A stretch of 64,000 bases of DNA from Eledone cirrhosa (GCA_964016885.1 OZ024761.1:21328001-21392000), one strand, 5' to 3'; numbered from the stretch's first letter, positions 43,807 through 58,845 are shown. A program made the numbers and translations. Notes: a model not told the origin generated them from the sequence alone.

Positions 43807-46800
43807 TTAATAAAGAAATTGGTCATAGAAATAAGATGCTTTTTGTTTCGTTTTCTTGCTCAGATAAGGAATATTTTGAGATTTAGTGTGTTAAACAATA
43901 CTGGACTCTTGGGTCTGTTTTTGGTGTATGTAAGGAAAGTCTACATTGATTGAAAAAATAAAAATGTTGTTTGCTTGATCAAAGATCAATATGGTATATT
44001 TTTATAAAAAATGTAAAATATGAATTTGTATCTGTTAAATAAAATAATTAAAAAAAGATATGATTTTGTAATTTTTTTCTGATTAAATATAATATGATAA
44101 AGTGGTTCTGTAATTTTTTGTTCTTAACAATTATTATTATTATTATTATAAAGTGGTCATTTTGGTGCCATGATAAAAAGCACCCAGTCCACACTGTTTG
44201 TGGTCGTGTTGGTGTGGTGTCATGACAAAAAGCACCCAGTCCACACTATTTGTGGTCGTGTAGGCTTCACAACAAAAATTGCCCAGTCCACACTGTAAAG
44301 TAGTCGTGTAGGTATCACAATAAAAAGAACCCAGTTCATACTGTAAAGTGGTCATTTAGGCGTCATGACAAAAGGCACCCAGTCCACACTGTAAAGTGGT
44401 CATGTAGGTATCACAGAGAGTGCCAAGCCCACACTGTAAAGTGGTTGGCGTTAGGGAGGGCATCCAGCCACAGAAAACTGTTCTGTGTGAGCAAGACATG
44501 GTCATCTGATCTGGCTTGTCTCACAACAGGATAACTCATCTAACCCATTCTAGCGTGAAAAGAATGGACATTAAACGGTGATGATGATGATGTCATACTT
44601 GTTTACCGATATCTTGGTAGGGTCTATAGCAACTGGCAGCAGAGTGGAAGAATTCCAAGTTCTGTAAGCTCATGGGGATGGGCACTGTTGAGAAAAGATT
44701 CAAAGAAAATGGGAGTATTGGATAAATTTCAGCCCCATACAGAGTTTAAGATAAATTTTGTTAAGGCTAAATAGTGAGTCTTGTTACTCTGGAGTTTCAC
44801 AATAAAATGAATATTTAAACTCTACTTCGGTATTGAGTACTCTTTTCTCTCAGCCGTCAACGACATACGATATATATATATATATTGGTAAAGAAGTGCC
44901 AAGAAATCCCAGCAGAAGGAAGATGAAGTAGAGGAAGACCACTAAAACGTGGGCAGAGGTGGTAAGATGCTGTGCTGAATAGGACCCATCCCACCCTTGC
45001 AAGCAGGGAAAAGTGGACGTATGATGATGATGATGATGATATGTGTGTGTGTGTATGTATGTATATATATATATATATATGAATCAGGATGAAACTGATT
45101 AGACCATTACTCAACAGAGTACTCGATACTAGGGATAGTAGAGTATGGTTATATTATAAAGAATCAGGACCCCGACGGCTGAGCTCTTACCATTTCAACA
45201 GATCTTTTACAATTTGAAGAAACTAAATATTACTTATTCTGCCTTGGAACGAATAAAAATGCTCTACCAATTACACACCTCATCAGAGAATGTTGGTGTC
45301 CTCTACAAACAAAATAACAGGAGGGAATGGTGTGGCTGAGGTGCTGGAATAGCCAAGCACCTTCACCACGAGCATCAATTAACTCTTTTAAGACGAGCTG
45401 CCAATAATTGTTTCTACTTTAAGCACAAGGTCAGCAATTTGAAGGGGAGGGGAAAATCGATTAAATCGACCCCAGCGTATTACTGGTACTTTATTTTATC
45501 GACCCTATAAGGATGAAAGGCTAAGCCAACCTCGACGGGATTTTAACTCAGAACGTAAAGGGCCGTAACTCTGTGTCGCAAAGCATGTAGTCCGACGACG
45601 GTCTACCAATTACTGCCAATAATTACAAAAATGTTGTCAGTGGGCGAAGCTCTCTCCCCCGGGATGTTTGCAATGACACAGACTGAAAATATTGACTAAT
45701 TAAAGTATTTCAGCTTTGGATGCAGAGAGACGACTTCACTGCAGCACCTGACTACGTTGTGTGTGAGAGAGGGGGGAGAGAGGGGGAGAGGGGGAGACAG
45801 AGGGAGAGAGGGGGAGACAGAGGGAGAGAGGGGGGAGACAGAGGGAGAGAGAGGGAGAGAGAGAGCGAGCAAAAGTTGGCTTCATTTAATTCCTTTGAAA
45901 ACATTCAACTGTAATAAACACATTTATAGTGGGCTGCGATATCAATTTACTTACTACTTTCTATACTACTACTAATTAGTACCATTACTACTAATTACCA
46001 CCACTGCTTATTATATTACAGTTATCAGGGTTGAATTTAGACCTAGGGTGGCCCGGGAATTTCAGGTGTTGGTAAGGGAGGCCCGCATACGCAAAAAAGA
46101 AAAAATTAGAATGCACAGCAAACCTCCTTAATTTTACATATTAAAGTTAGCTTGATGCAAGTAATTGGAGTTGAAAAGTTATATTACATTAAAAAATTCG
46201 AACCATCGTAAAACTAAAAATCCCTGCTGAGGGCACAAATTAACTGCTACGGCCGTCACTTGGTACGCCCCTCCCCTACACACAGACACACACAAACTGA
46301 AGGGGTCCCGGGGCAATGGACCCCTATTGCTCTGATTACGATATCAGTTTATTTACTACTCATTTACAGTACTACTACTACTAGTAGTAGTTCTACTACT
46401 TTAATTACTATGTCACTCGATAAGAGGTGAGAAGATTAAGTTATAGAGCGTATCGTTATTTTTTTTTTATATATAGACCTAAAACTAGGACAATGAGTTT
46501 AATGTTTAAAACTTGCTTTGTCTAGATATGGTAGCTGTCTATTCTCACCTCAGAAATACTTTCATTGATTAAAACTGCCACACTGCCTTCGTCTATATTA
46601 ATTTCTCCGTCTTCTAGTGGACTTTTGACTAAAATAATTAGTATACATTTTACTATATCTACTAGTCTGCTCTTTTACCTACCTATCTAATCGTGTGCTC
46701 TGTTTACCCTATCTAATCGTGTGCTCTCTTTACCCTATCTAATCGTGTGCTCTCTTTACCCTATCTACTTCTACGCTCCTCTTACTCTATCTACTCATGT

Positions 46801-47185
46801 GCTCGTTTTATTCAATCTAATAGACTGCATATTTTACTGTTTACTAGACTGCATTTTTTATGTCGAGCTTTCTAATTGAAACAAAAAATAAATAACCAAC
46901 AACAACACATTTTATATACGAATATTCTAACATAAATTATTATGGTTCTCTCTCTCTCTCCGTCTCAATGTCGAGTTACGATGTAATTGGAGATTTTTCA
47001 TCAGCAAAAACTCTCCTCTTCACGTTCTTGTCGCCCGCTTTCAGTGTTTTCTAAGAGGACTTGTCAACAAAAGGCCGGTTTATTGTGATGACAACAGACC
47101 TCGGCACGCAACACTGTTACAGATTTTTGTCGGGGAACAAGGAAGTCATTTTTGTGTGTGCCTTTCATGAACATTTAGCTAAGAA

Positions 47186-47918
47186 ATGTCACTTCAGTCA
47201 GTTCTACCGGTAACATTGAACCCAAACAATTTCAAAGATGGTATTTACGACATTTTAAAAGTGGTACGACCGTCTTGGCAATCGGATTCCATATTATTCA
47301 AAGTAAGTTAATGATACTGTTGCTGTTATTATATAGTCCCAAGTCGGTGTCGCAATATCTGTAGAGGGTCGGACGCCATGCTTTGCAGCATAGAGTTACG
47401 GTCCTTTCCATTCTGAGTTCAAATCCCGCCGAGGTTAACTTTGCCTTTCATCCTTACGGGGTAGATAAAATAAAGTACCAGTAACATACTGGGGATCAAT
47501 TTAATCGATTTTCCCCTCCCCCAAAATTGCTGGCCTCGTGCCTATATAAGAAACCATTATATAGCCCCAAGTCTGCAGGGGGTTGTCCAGAAATCCTTTA
47601 ATATAACACATTTCAGTTGTGATAATCCTGTATATATATTTTTTTTTAGCCACTGTATATCTAAGGGGCTTTCCCCTTTATATATATATAGATGTAGCGC
47701 ACCTGAGCACTATACACAATAATTTCATTATCATATATTATAAAGCCTCGACGGCTGAGCGCTGGCCGTTTCGTTAGGGACACGGCAAGAGCTCAGCCGT
47801 CGGGGTCTCGACTCTTTATAATGCAACCATACTCTATTACGCCAAGTATCGAGTACTCTGGTGAGTAATAGTCTAACCAGTTTCATACTGAATTCATCCT
47901 GATTTATGCACCCAGTCC

Positions 47919-47958
<40 letters not shown>

Positions 47959-48186
47959 CAAGACATGGTCACCTGACCTGGCATTGCCCACAACAAGGCA
48001 ACCCGTCTAATCCATGCCAGCGTGGAAGAACGGACGTAAAACGGTGATGATGATGATTATATCCGCCAACACTACAGCTAACACATTACACACATGTACT
48101 TCCCTGACATTTGTGTATTATTCTATGTACTATACATACACCTTTGACGAGTTGTAGTGCACCTGAGCACTTTACACAATCATTTC

Positions 48187-48240
<54 letters not shown>

Positions 48241-48866
48241 AAGTGAAGAATAACATGGTCGGCTGTACAAAAAGAGTTTTATTTTGTACAGCCCACCATG
48301 TTATTCTTCACTCTTTCACTACTCCAAGAATGACCTGCATGGGAATTCTCGCAAACTCTCCACCTAAGGAAACCTCTTGTTGGCTCAAACAACGCCGTAC
48401 GTTAAAACTCTCCCCAGTACAGAGTACTCACAACCTCTAACTAAAACGATAACTTGTTATCTTATCCCATATATATATATATATATAATATAACATCAAA
48501 AGATGGTTAAAAGAGTTCCATGTATTTTATTAGGCGCATTTCAAAAACAAATATCATCATGGGATGATATTTGCGTTCTCGTCAGATAAAATAGGGAGAC
48601 ATGATATGAAGCTTAAAAAACACTTGCGAGCAGTGAAGTGTTAAATCAACAGATACATATATATATATAGGAAAATGTATGACCCCAACGGACGGCAGAA
48701 CTCAAGCCGTTTCAACGGCTATTTCTGTCCAGAAATAGCCGTCGAAACGGCTTGAGTTCTGCCGTCCGTCGGGGTCAAACACTTTCCTATTAACCACTCT
48801 ACTACCCTAAGTATTGAGTACTCTAGTGCGTTATGGTCCATCTGGTTCCTTACCACAACTCCTTCG

Positions 48867-48918
<52 letters not shown>

Positions 48919-48983
48919 TATGTATTTCCGTAGAAAAGGTAAAGGAAAGAAAAGAGGTCTATGTATAGTACAGGGCTATTTAA

Positions 48984-49052
<69 letters not shown>

Positions 49053-51156
49053 TAGGGACTGTGTGTGACTCTTGGGAGGATTGAGTTATTAGAAATAGCA
49101 GCCGAGGGACTATAGCGATGGTTTGGATGGTCATGTTGGTTAGTTGTTTGTTGTGTGTGTGCTCACTTGTAGCTTGCTGTGGGATGTGGTCACTGTGGTG
49201 TGATACAGTGTGACCAGAGGTTGCATGTGTGCAGGTAAATGTTCAATAAGATGATGATGATATGATACTTCCTTGATCACGCAGAAAATAAATATATATA
49301 AATGAACCACGATGGCACCAAACCGCTATATTATTAATTTATTGAAAATAACTCACGCCGAAGCTATACTAAAAATACACGAGAATTATGGACGTTATTT
49401 GTTTGTTTGTAAAAGTAGAGTTCAAGTCGTATTTACCAAGAAAACTTCATGAACTTTACTGTCTTGGTTAAGAGGAGACCAAGAGATAGAGATGGAGTGA
49501 AAGAGAGAGAGAGTAAGCGTCTGTAAGACCCCCAAGGGGTCAGTAGGAAACAATAGTTCTCATATTTACTCTATCAAGAACCCCTTCGAACTTCTTGTCT
49601 GGTTGATCTAAGGCAAGGATATTTATCTATGTCACTTCCTCTGTCCCTAAACCTCGAGAACAAAGGGCAGACCTCTGCCACTCTCAGACTTATTGACGCC
49701 TGAAAGGAGATAACCCAGAAAATGATCGTTATATGTCACCCAGGTGTTAAGGTGTGGACAGATCTCGCTACTGGACCACTACGGAATTCTTACAATATCA
49801 TTCACAATATTCCTTTGACCCTTGTAATGTGATGTGACCCCTATTATCACACTTAGTGGTCAATTAATGTACGCTTTTGTTATTGTTCCCCACTTTTTTT
49901 ATTTCTTACTCTTGCTCTGATCATATATTTTGGTTGCTATACCTGAGGTTCCTAGCAATTGTTAATTGTATTTATTAGGTGTTTATATTTTCATTCAAAA
50001 AGAATTACAAGCAATTTGTAATGTTATTTATATACAGGGTGTCCCCAAAAAAACGATACACACTTTGATTACCTGTACAGGTAATAGTTATTAGAATGTT
50101 GTTGAAGTGTGTATACATTTTGGTGGGGACACCTTGTATATATATGTGTGTGAGTCCCGGGTTCAATCGGGGGTAACCACAGCAAGTAAGGTACTAAATA
50201 CCTACCAGAGTATAAATGTTTAATATAGAAATGGCTTCTACAGGACTAGAACTGTTTCATTCGAAGAAAATCATATATATATATAGGATGTCTCAAAAAA
50301 TGTATACACACTTTGATTACCTGTACAGGCAATAATTATTAGAATGCTGTTGAAGTGTGTATACATTTTTGGGAGACACCCTGTATATATTTATTTGATA
50401 CTTTAAAAAAAAATTAAATATAAACATTTTCGCATGGGTTAGATAGGAGTGTTCTAAAAAAAAAAAATCAAGATCTTCCATTATAGTTAATCATGAAGTT
50501 TTACAATATCTATATACTACTAAAACTCTGTGATTGTGTCTTGTCTGTAATTTAATACAGCCAAAACAGCGCATAATGGAAAAATACTTTGAAAGGAAGT
50601 TGCCCCTGAAATGGGAATACAAATGGAATAAAACAAGTTTCGCGTAAATCGGAGCATGGGTTCCCGAGATACGGGGTTTTTCCAGGTACCTTCATAAACA
50701 GAGAGAGAGAAAGAGGTAATGGTTGTGAGAGAGTAGATTGAAAGAGAAACATGTCTGTATATTTTAATTATTTAAAAATTATTTTTAAGTGAATGTGACC
50801 CAACAGGTCACAGATTGTCTAGTTTCTTATAATGTTGTGTGTCTGTGTCAATAACTGCCTTGTCGATCTGGTAACCTTTTTATTTTCTGATGTTTCAGAA
50901 ACACAAGATAGTTATCATTGAATCTCTATATTCTAGGCCACATATATATCAATATAATTTCTAGTAAATTAACTTTTCATTCCAGTACTACACATTCTCA
51001 CACAAAACATCGGACATTAAATAATGCAATATATATAGATATATATATAAAAATATATATATATACCACTAATACAAAATATATATACAGTATGTCCAGT
51101 TGTTTTATTGGAATCAATATAGATTCCGGTTGGTAGAGTATATATAATATAATATA

Positions 51157-51200
<44 letters not shown>

Positions 51201-54200
51201 AAGTGATTGGTGTTAGGAAGGGCATCCAGCCAGAGACACTTCCGTACGAGACACGGTTTCCTGACCAATCCTGCATCAAATGGAACAAAACCGTCTAACC
51301 TGTTAAACAATGATGATGATGATATATATATTCAGGTTTCTGTATTAATGTGCCAAGTAATTTGATTATTTATATATTTATATATATATTTCATATAGAA
51401 ATAGCTTCTACAAGACTAGAACTGTTTCATTCAAAGGAAATCATCAGGAAAGCCGGCTTTCCAGATGATTTCCTTCGAATGAAACAGTTCTAGTCCTGTA
51501 AAAGCTATTTCTATATTAAATATTTATACTCTGCTATGTATGGAGTACCTTACTGTGGTTACCCCCGATTGAACCCGGGATAAACTTATATATACAGGGT
51601 ATCCCCACAAACTGTATACACATCCAGGATGTGGGAAGAAGCAAAAGAGTCACTAACTGTGACATCACAGATAAGACACCTGCCTCTTAACCAGGGGCAC
51701 AGGGCACATACAAATGATGTCACAGGGGCACAAACAAACAACAGTAAATGTCTCTTTGCAAAGTTTTTAGATTAATAATTCCCTTCTCAGGACATGGATT
51801 AATATTTGGACCAGGTTTCTGGTCCAAATATTTTGCAGTCCCCTTTTTTATCATTCCAAGTTCGCCGACTATCACTGGTAATGTACAGGTCTTTGGCAGT
51901 ATCGTAGAGCATCGGACAACATGCTTTATGGCATTAAGTTATGGCCCTTTACATTCTGTATTCAAATCCCGCCGAGGTTAGCTTTACCTTTCATCCTTAT
52001 GGGGCCGATAAAATAATGTACCAGTAATGCAGTGGGGCCAATTTAATTGACTTTCCCCTCCCCTTTAAATTGCTGGGCTTGTGCCTAAAGTAGAAACAAT
52101 TATTATTATCATTATTATTTATGTGACAGTATCGTAGGAGAAAAACTGGAAGAGGGTGCTTGCCCTAGCGATCAGGGTGACTGTGGCTTTTTGTGGGCTT
52201 TCTCCACAAGTTACCATCGGAAGTCTCCCCCCCCCCCCTATTGGGGAATTTTTCCTTTGTTTTATATATATATATATAATTTGTTTTGTTTTTTTACGCA
52301 GAAATGCCTATTTGTACTGTCTTTAATGTTATACTTTATGTCAACCCTTGTAGTTAATAAAGAGAGGATTATTATATTTGTGGCAGGTCTTCTGTGATGG
52401 AATAACGAACCAGTTGGTGGGATGTCACCAGAATGGACAGGAGAGTGAAATGGTTCTTGTTCGAATCTATGGTAAAAACACTGACCTTCTTATCGACCGA
52501 AAACTGGAATATTTATCCATGAAGCTGCTTCATTCCATAGGAATTTCCCCCGAAGTTCACTGTTGTTTCATCAACGGCATGGCCTATGGTTATCAGACTG
52601 GAGATACTATAAATACAAACGATGTGTACCAACCAAAAATGAGCAAGTAAGGACCAGAGTTACCTTTTCATTACAGGGGCGATTCAGATTCAGATCTCAA
52701 CCTCTCTCTGACCTGCCTCTTGTGTGTGTAATATGCAGCTATATGGAAGTGTGTGTATAAGGTTGAAAGTTGAGCAAAAAGTCGAGTTTTAACTCTTTAT
52801 CATTTAAACCGGCTGTATTCAGCCAGAATTCTCTCACCCCTTACTGTTCAAACCAGCTGTAACTGGCTGCTCATACGGATGTTAAGGTATTGTTCTCAAA
52901 ATATATAATATGAATATCTCATAGATTCGATATTATATAAGGTAAAGCCTTTACTGTGTAAATACAATAGTATTTATAGAGTAATGTAAATGTTAAAATG
53001 TTAATATTCATTTTATTAAGGCTAAACAGTGAGTTTTGTTACTCTGAAGTGTCATCTGTTTATCACAAGGTCATTAGACAAGAACTGTAATTTTTATGAG
53101 TTAATTCCCTTATTTAAGGGGAGACTACTATGTAGTGGATTATTTCGCCGACAGCATGTTATGGGTTAATAATGAGAAAGTTAGCTATATTATTAAATCC
53201 TTTCAAATTTTTGATTATTTTCAAAATTATTTGATAATCATAGGCAGCGTCTTTCATTAAAAATATGCTGTTGAAAGAATTAACAAAGCTATTGATAATT
53301 TTCAAATACATTTGGTATTTTTTTCAAAGATATGTACAGTTTAGAACTAGCTGTTGAAATGACGAGTTCAGCTGTCGGGTCCTGACTCTTTATGATATAT
53401 GAATATATGAATATATATATATGTGTATATGTGTGTGCAAAAAACAAACAGCAATTACAAAGCAAACGACACAGACGAGGAAGAAATATATTAGTTTTAT
53501 ACTTAATATAGTAGGAAAAGAGTCTTAATGTCTCATACGTTAGTCCTTCATCTATATATCTCTATGTATAAAATTCAATTTATGTCTATTTATTAGTCTG
53601 ATCACTCAGGAAATGGTTCGTTTACACAGTATAAAACATAGCAACGTAGACGACGAGAAAGATTTCGATGTCTTCTTCAAAGGGGAACCAGTTCTGTTTA
53701 AGAAAATTAATAATATGCTCCAGCTTCTCCCAACTAAATTTGAAGACAGTCAGAAACAACAAAGGTAAAGTAAGTCTTAGAGATTTCTTTTGAAATAATA
53801 TATTCTCTCATCTTACATTATCAGACTAAGGACTTCATCATCATCATCATCATCTGTTTCATCCTTACGCGGTCGATAAAATAAAGTACCAGTAATGCAC
53901 TGGGTAATTGCTGGCCTTGTGCCTAAAGTAAAAACAATCATCTGACATTATCATACTATTGCTGCTGTTGCTGCTATTATTATTACTACTACTACTACTG
54001 ATACTACTGTTACTGTTACTAGTGCTGCTACTACAACTACTGCTGCTACTACTACTACTACTAAATTACTACTACTACTCTGTAAAGCTATGTTGGTACC
54101 ACAACATCCAGTCCTAAATAAATGAGGTTGTGTAGGTGTCACGACAAAAAAACACACAGTTCACGCTGTAATGTAGTCGTGTAGGTAACACAGTAAAAAC

Positions 54201-57200
54201 CTCCCAGTCCACACTGTAAACGTGGTTGGTGTTAGGAAGGGCATCCAACTGTAGAAAACCTGCCAGACAGTCCTATACGAGACGACCAATCTTGCCTCAA
54301 GTGGGACAATTCCCGTCTAAACCCATGCTAGCGTGGAAGATAGACGTTAAACGATGATGATGATGACTACTATAGCTACTACTACTACTACTGTTGTTAA
54401 ATCAACGTTAAGAAGCCCTCATACAAGGTCTATCAACAATTCGCCAGTTCCATCCGTTTCTATTTTTAGGTACGTTTCTGAGATTTGGGATAAAATGAAC
54501 ATTCGGGAGGAATTCAACAGCATGTGCAAAGAATTTGATAACTGTGATGTGCCCATAGCCATCTGCCACAATGACTTACTCATGAAAAACATCATCTACG
54601 ATGAAAAAACAGGTTTGTATTGTAGCAGTAGCTGTACTTAACCCTTTACCATTTACATTACTCTATATATACTATTATATCTTCACAGTAAAGTCTTTAC
54701 CTCACATAATATCTCACATAACATTTACATTACTCTATATATACTATTGTATTTTCACAGTAAAGTCTTTACCTCACATAATATCTCACATAACATTTAC
54801 ATTACTCTATATATACTATTGTATTGTCACAGTAAAGTCTTTACCTCACATAATATCTCACATACCATTTACATTACTCTATATATACTATTGTATTTTC
54901 ACAGTAAAGTCTTTACCTCACATAATATCTCACATAACATTTACATTACTCTATATATACTATTGTATTTTCACAGTAAAGGCTTTACCTCACATAATAT
55001 CTCACATAACATTTACATTACTCTATATTTACTATTGTATTTTCATGATAAAGACTCTACCTCACATATCTCAACTATTATTGACCTAGAGAAGGGCTTT
55101 GATAGGGTACCCTGATCTGTCATCTGGTGGTCCCTAAAGAAAACTAGGTGTTGAGGAATGGCTTGTGAGGACAGTGCAAACTTTGTAGAGAGGTACTGTC
55201 AGTAAAGTCAGGGTAGGAATGGAATTTAGTGAGGAGTTCCAGATACAAGTAGGGAGACTTGAGGAGTTCCAGATACCATGGGGACCTCTCTATGCTGACT
55301 ATCTGGTTCTTATAGCAGAATCAGTAGAGGAGCTAGAGAATAAATTCTGGCTATGGAAACCACAGTTGGAAGCAAGAGGACTGAGAGTGAACCTAGCTAA
55401 GACAAAAGTGTTGATGAGTAGAAAATAGGACAAAACTCTGATTCTGTCAGGGAAATGGCCATGTTCGATATGTAGGAAAGTAACTGGCATAAATTCTATA
55501 AAATGTGCACAATGCAGATCCTGGGTACACAAGAGATGTAGCGGGATAGCAGGCAAACTAACAGGTAGGGAGAAATATGTATGCAGTAGATGTACAGGGA
55601 AATTAGACAGTAGAAGTCGCATTGATAGACACATTTTTCAAATGCAGGCAAGTGCTATAGAAGTGGTGGATAGCTTCCGGTACCTAAGAGATCAGATTAG
55701 CATGGGCGGGAGGTGTTCCAAGGCCATAGTATCTAGAATGACGGGTTGGAAGAAGTTTAGGGAGCTGCTTCCTCTGCTGACGAAGAAGGGTTTCTCCCTG
55801 CATACGAAAGGCCGGTTATATGATGCCTGTGTGAGGAGCGCGATGCTGCATGGTAGTGAGACATGGGCAGCAACTGCAGAGGATATGCGACGGCTGGAGA
55901 GAAATGAGGCAAGCATGCTCCGTTGGATATGCAATGTCAATGTATGTGAACGACCCAGCATAAATATGTTGAGAGAGAAACTGTGTCTGAGAGGGATAGA
56001 ATGTAGTGTGCGAGAGAGGAGACTGAGGTGGTATGGACATGTGATGCGCATGGAGGATGACCGATGGGTGAAGAAGTGCCAGTTGAAGGAAGACGTGGTA
56101 GAGGTAGACCACGAAAAACATGGGCGGAGGTGGTGAGAACAGACCTCAGATCGCTGAAGCTCACGGTGGAGATGATGAAGGACCGTGACAAGTGGAGAGA
56201 TGCTGTGCTGAATAAAACCCGTCCCACCCTTGCAAACAAGGAAAAGCGCACGTAAAATGATGATGATGATAATCATTCTTTTATTTTTCAGAATCTGTGT
56301 CTTTCATAGACTTTGAATATGTTGGTGAGAATTACATCGCTTACGACATTGCTAACCACTTCTGTGAATACGCAGGTAAAACTGGCTTCTCTCAACTAAC
56401 TTTTATTACTATTGTTATTGTTAGGGCAGTGGAATGGCAGCAGAATCGGTAGAGTTACGGACATAATCCTTTGCGGCATAGAGTTGCGTCCCTTTATGAT
56501 CTGAGTTCAAAATCCGCCGAGGTTAGCTTTGCCTTTCATCCTTACAGGGTCGATAAAATAAAGTACCAGTCACGCACTGGGGTCGATTTTAATCAACTTC
56601 CCCCCCCCCCCCCAAATTACTGGCCTTGTGCTTCTATAAGAAACAATTATTAGGGCAGTGGATTGGCAGCAGAATCGGTTGAGCGCCGGACAACGTGCTT
56701 TGCAGCATAGAGTTGCGTCCCTTTGCGTTCTGTGTTCAAGTCCTGCCAAGGTTAACTTTGCCTTTCATCCTTACGGGGTCGATAAAATAAAGTACCAGTC
56801 ATGCACTGGAGTCAATTTAATCGATTTTCCCCTCCCTAAAACATTGTTGGCTTTGTGCCTAAAGTAGAAATTATTATTGTTTATACCTGTTTCAGCCTTT
56901 CTGCCCCTCCTCTTCCTGCTGCTACTACTACTACACCATCTCCTATTCTCCCACTTTTCCTCCATTCCACTACTATCATCATCATCATCATCATCATTCA
57001 ACCCTCACCCTGTCTTTTTTCTAGGGGTTGAGGAAGTGGATTTCTCTCACTGCCCCGATGAAGTGTACCAACTAAAGTGGATAAGGAACTACCTGGAACT
57101 TTCCAAGAAATCGTCATCATCAGATGGTCATGAAACTCAAACAGTTTCCGACAGAGAGGTTCGCTATATGTATGTCTGGGTCAACAAGTTTTTCGTTGTA

Positions 57201-58344
57201 AGTACCTCTTTCAATGTGACAACTATTGAAGTATGTATTACTCTCAGAGCTCAAATAATCGTCCCCTGACCCAGCTGTGTCCACTTATTATATTTTGCTG
57301 ATCTATCTCCGGTGAAATTTTATTCTGTTTTTTGATATTAACTGATGTTTTGCCAGGTACCAAAACAAGATGGACTACGGTTAGCCCTGCTCACTAAAGT
57401 GACAAGAAGTGAATTATTAAATCAAAGAGGATTCTTTAGATTTAACGAGAGGACAACAATAGATAAACGAGACCAGAGGGATAAATAATAAATTAATTAA
57501 TATATATATATGTATCTATCTGTCTGTATGCCTGTCTATGTGTATATATTTATATATTTATTTATATATTTTTGCAGGTTTCTCATTTCTTCTGGGGTAT
57601 CTGGGCATTGGTACAAGAATATAATTCCAGTATAGAATTTGATTTCCTTGAGTAGGTACCACAAGTTCTGCAACTGATCTAAACAATTGTAGACTTGGCT
57701 TTAATTCTAACCAACATCCTGAAATCCAAACCAGACATATTTTTGATCCATTATAGAAGGGTAATAACTATATAATTTGGGGTTGTGACTTGATTTGCAT
57801 ATAACTATGGCTAATTAGCAGCATTGGTTACACTAAATTCTAAAGTCTAAAGACTATCTCAAAGCTGGAGGCTCATTAGGCCAGCGCTTGTGTTAAGTAG
57901 CTGAGAGTAAAAGGTTCCCTCCTAGACAGGACACTAGTCCATCGCAGAGTTAAACCCCCAGCTATTGCTTATCTCAGTTTCTGTGGCATGAAACGACTGA
58001 GAATAGAAGACTTCCTCCTAGGCAGGACATTAGTCCATCACAGAGTTAACCCCACCCCTCCCAGCTATTGCTGGTACTCATTTTTAGTATACTGGAGCAA
58101 CATAAAATGAAATGTTTTGCTCAAAAAAACAACTCACAACTCAGCCCAGAAATCAAATCCATGACATTATGACTCCCTAAATCTCAGCCTAATTGCAGCC
58201 ATAACTTTGTTATGTAGAATTTTTGAAAGTTAAGCGTCTTTTTGTTTTTGTTTTAGGTATGGTATTCTACGACTAGGGGAGTATCTGCGCCATAGAGAAT
58301 TATTATATAAGAAACTGCCTTCAAACGTCCTCACAAAATACTGA
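47186..58344 (+). CDS. ETNK1: Ethanolamine kinase (ETNK1/2-like), 368 aa; exons 47186-47302, 52387-52646, 53597-53764, 54470-54612, 56292-56375, 57025-57197, 57578-57651, 58257-58344
   Basis: VRPSW...FCDGITNQLVGC, VLVRIYGKNTDLLIDR, Brenner motif CHNDLLMKNII, FIDFEY...YDIANHFCEYAG, SHFFWGIWALVQ...FDFLEYG. Exons sum to 1107 nt in frame. Confidence 0.94.
48668..48870. repeat. Second hairpin element family (about 60-bp arms) in TA tracts
   Basis: ggaaaatgtatgacccc...ctatttctg|tc|cagaaatag...ggggtcaaacactttcc. Relatives at 4550-4690, 11280-11400, 13920-14052, 45085-45200 and 47740-47900. Confidence 0.75.
50035..50383. mobile_element. Two about 100-bp Tc1/mariner-type MITEs (TA|CAGGGTGTCCC...GGGAGACACCCTG|TA) at 50035-50136 and 50284-50383; relatives at 18737-18815 and 21547-21623
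   Basis: TA-flanked short inverted termini. Confidence 0.6.
54638..55070. repeat. MITE-derived 72-bp array (opposite orientation)
   Basis: Begins TTAACCCTTTACCATTTACATTACTC; about 6 units. Confidence 0.8.
55075..56270 (+). mobile_element. Degenerate RTE LINE (RT region to 3' tail) in ETNK intron 4
   Basis: DLEKGFDRVP, LYADYL (decayed YADD), KTKVL, PHD-type Cys finger, FRYL, MLHGSETW and a TGA tail; contains stops and frameshifts. Confidence 0.9.
56424..56875 (+). mobile_element. Two head-to-tail tRNA-derived SINE copies in ETNK intron 5
   Basis: Each starts agggcagtgga(a/t)tggcagcagaatcgg, at about 56424 and 56653. Confidence 0.8.
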
Positions 58345-58549
58345 CTTAAGGTAGGTAACTCTTGGTTTCTTTGTGAATCATTCACTTATACTTAATGTAG
58401 ATAACTCTTGTCGACCTTTTTCTCTCTATGAATCGTGCTCATAAAAAGTATAGCAATGATGCCACAATCGTAGATTGTGGCAGTACCAAGATTTCAGTGT
58501 TATAAGCATAAAGGAACGTAGTTTAGAGGTTATAGAGTTTGGTTCGTGA

Positions 58550-58845
58550 GCTGGATTCCCAAGTGAGACCAACCAAGCTCATGGATGTTAGCCAACCATC
58601 TTGCGCAGGGTTTACCCCCCGAGTCTCCTGCTAGTTGGTTTTTGTCCATAAAATCTATCCAGCAATTCTTTCCTGAGACATTCTAACCACATGTCTGTAG
58701 TATTGGAACTGTGATCTCTTAATTTAAAGTAGTGGCTTTACCTGGAGTGACTCTCTCATCTCTCAGCTATGCACCCTATCAAGTAATGTTACTTCAAAGA
58801 CCCTTCGGAGGAACCCTATTTCGGCCGCTTGTATTCATGACCATA
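58550..58845 (-). mobile_element. LINE fragment, unexpanded relative of the 65-bp-array element
   Basis: Carries one copy of attctttcctgagacattctaaccacatgtctgtagt with the same flanks as the 23.4-25.3 kb array. Confidence 0.7.

Noticed and set aside
49520-49860. GC-richer unique block in ETNK intron 1 (also 1460-1930)
   Set aside because: No ORF, termini or second copy recognisable; probably decayed TE and not classifiable without a search.
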